Below are positions 62,090 to 64,000 of a DNA stretch of 64,000 bases, in pieces. Position 1 is the first letter of the stretch. The number at the start of each line of letters is the position of its first letter. The stretch covers positions 112,408,001 to 112,472,000 of the forward strand of contig NC_045696.1 of NCBI RefSeq assembly GCF_009834535.1. The letters run 5' to 3'. The translations under genes were made by a program, and so were the position numbers. The notes under the pieces are model-generated. The model saw only the letters and a program-made list of their open reading frames with translations. It was not told the DNA's origin and searched no databases. The DNA is from Camelus ferus. Taxonomy: Eukaryota.

Positions 62090-62625
62090 CTGGAGCTGTC
62101 CTCCTGGGCTTTCTGCAGTCACCTCCTTTGCATAGCCAGCTCCCATCCGGCCGCTCTAATTTGTTTTCTGAAATAGCTAGACTGATCTGAGCAAGTGTGA
62201 TCATTTCCTCTGCTTACAGTCTTATGATGACTCTCTGTTGCCCTGAGTATAAAGATAAACTTCTGTGGAGGAGAAGGGATAGCTCAGTGGTGCTTAGCAT
62301 GCACGAGGTCTTGGGTTCAATCCCCGGTACCTCCATTAAAAAAATAAAAAAATAAAGATAAGACTCCAAGATTCTATTCTATCAGGCTCTCCTGACACAG
62401 CCATCCTCACCTCATCTGACTGTCTATTCCTTCTGTACAAGCCACACCTGCTCCCTTCCCCAGCTCTTTCATACCACGCTGCCTCCTGCCACAGATCTCT
62501 GCATAACACAGTTCCCTCTCCATGGAATGCTCTCTGCTCCCCTCCTCTCCTAATTAACTACAATGTATCATTTCAAACCTCAGCTCAGTTGTCACTTCTT
62601 CAGGGGAGCCATACCTGCACTCCCT
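62090..62625 (+). mobile_element. L2 fragment interrupted by a SINE; its tail resumes at ~63300-63455
   Basis: tgatcatttcctctgctta...gttccctctccatggaatgctct...ctcagctcagttgtcacttcttcaggggagcc. Confidence 0.75.
62267..62351 (+). mobile_element. Short tRNA-derived SINE (vic-1-like) with small internal deletion
   Basis: gatagctcagtggtgcttagcatgcacgaggtcttgggttcaatccccggtacctcca; TSD core ataaagataa at 62249 and 62352. Confidence 0.9.
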
Positions 62626-62632
62626 TTTCAGA

Positions 62633-63265
62633 AAGGCAATTAAAACTATAACATGATACCACTCTAAACTCAGTGGGATGGCTAAAAAGAGATGACTGAC
62701 AATACCAAGGGCTAGTAAGGATGTGGAGGAACTGGAACTCTTGTACATTGCTGTTAGAAATGCCAACTGGTGCAGCCACTTTGGAAAGTAGTTTGGCTGT
62801 GTCTACTAGTGGTAAACACATACACACTTTGATCCCATAATTCCTTTCCAGTCCAATTTCACATACCCACCAAAAATGTGTACATATTTTCATTACAATA
62901 CATGGACTAGAATGTTCACAGGAGCACTATTTATAATATACAGAAATAAGAAATCACTTGCATTGCTTATCAATAGCAGAAGGGATAAATCAAAGAATGG
63001 AATACTATAAAACTTATACACAACAATATAGAGGAATCTCACAAAGGTAATGTTGAGCAAAGTAAGTTGATAAACAAAAACCCCACAACAACAACAGGCA
63101 ATATGACTCCTTTTATATAAAGTTCACAAATAGAAGAAACATGTCATGTCTCATAGGTCAGGATATTGGTTACACGTTCTGTTTCTTTGTGAACATTCGT
63201 CAAGCTGTACATCTATGATTTGTCCACTTTTCTACAGGTATAATACACTTCGATAAAAAATATCA
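62633..63265 (+). mobile_element. Old L1 (L1MC/ME-type) 3' region
   Basis: aattaaaactataacatgatacc...gatgtggaggaactggaactc...gccactttggaaagtagtttggc...tagaatgttcacaggagcactattt. Confidence 0.85.
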
Positions 63266-64000
63266 AAACATCTCCATTTAAGTTCTGGAAATAACAAGTC
63301 CTTATTCTTTGTAGTACCTGTCTCTCACACTTTTACCCTTGGTTTCTGTCGTTACATGAGCAATGACTGTTTCTCCTAGAGTCTTGACTGACGTTCCATA
63401 AGTTTTGAATAATCATTACTGTCTGGAACCTAACTTATTTATCAAATATTTGATCAATTAAAAAGGACAAGTGCAGAAATGCACATTTTCACAACTAGCT
63501 ATGAATCTCTGAACCCTCGATTCTGCAATCCTGTTTCAGTAATTTGAAGCACAAAGCTGGGCACGCCAGCACTCAGTTTGTAAGGCCAGCACAGAGAGGA
63601 GTGACTCGTCTCTGGCTGGCTGGGCATTTAGTACAGTGTTGGGAACATGAGAGGTTCTGGTTTTTTTTTTGTCCTTTTTGTTGAGCAAATGGAAGACTGA
63701 ATACACTTTAAGTTGGATTAAATATCTTTCCAATGAACAATACCCTCAAATGAACAAAAACCAACAAAATGAATTCCATTTCACTTCTTTCATCCTAGTT
63801 GCAATAACCTAAGTACATAAGCTCATTTGTAAACTTTTAAGATCACAACCTTGCCAGACTCCACTTCTTACTTCTCATTACCTCTTGGGCCTAGATCCCA
63901 TGGCATCTGGTTGTTTTGATGAGTTTACAGCTTGTGAAGTAAGTTCTTAGCTCACTACAAGAAGGCACCTCAGGGCACATTTGATCTAATTGGAGGAATA

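Noticed and set aside
1..64000. CRISPR array, operon or other prokaryote-style system
   Set aside because: No repeat-spacer periodicity or gene-dense coding; the sequence is mammalian repeat-rich DNA.

Overview
Mammalian non-coding genomic DNA, most likely from a camelid (camel/alpaca/llama). The species call is an inference from seven copies of a tRNA-Ala-like SINE matching my recollection of the camelid vic-1 family, plus cetartiodactyl-type L1 3' ends. A large share of the window is transposon-derived: L1 copies of several ages, L2, MIR, MaLR/ERVL LTRs, a complete ERV1-like solo LTR, hAT MERs and a MADE2 MITE. No host protein-coding gene could be identified; the only recognisable ORFs are L1 ORF1/ORF2 remnants. 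There is no CRISPR array, rRNA or true tRNA, and I found no convincing new biological system. The best-supported curiosities are retrotransposition and repair scars: a SINE carrying about 130 bp of extra 3' sequence inside one TSD pair, a twin-primed inverted L1, a tailless SINE, and a patch built from reverse-complement copies of its flanks. There are also signs of unannotated spliced or regulatory activity: a CpG- and purine-rich promoter-like block at 14.3-15.1 kb, a 17-nt microexon-like signal at 19.6 kb and motif-dense TE-free blocks. Repeat family names come from recall of consensus sequences, not a database search, and boundaries of old repeats are approximate.
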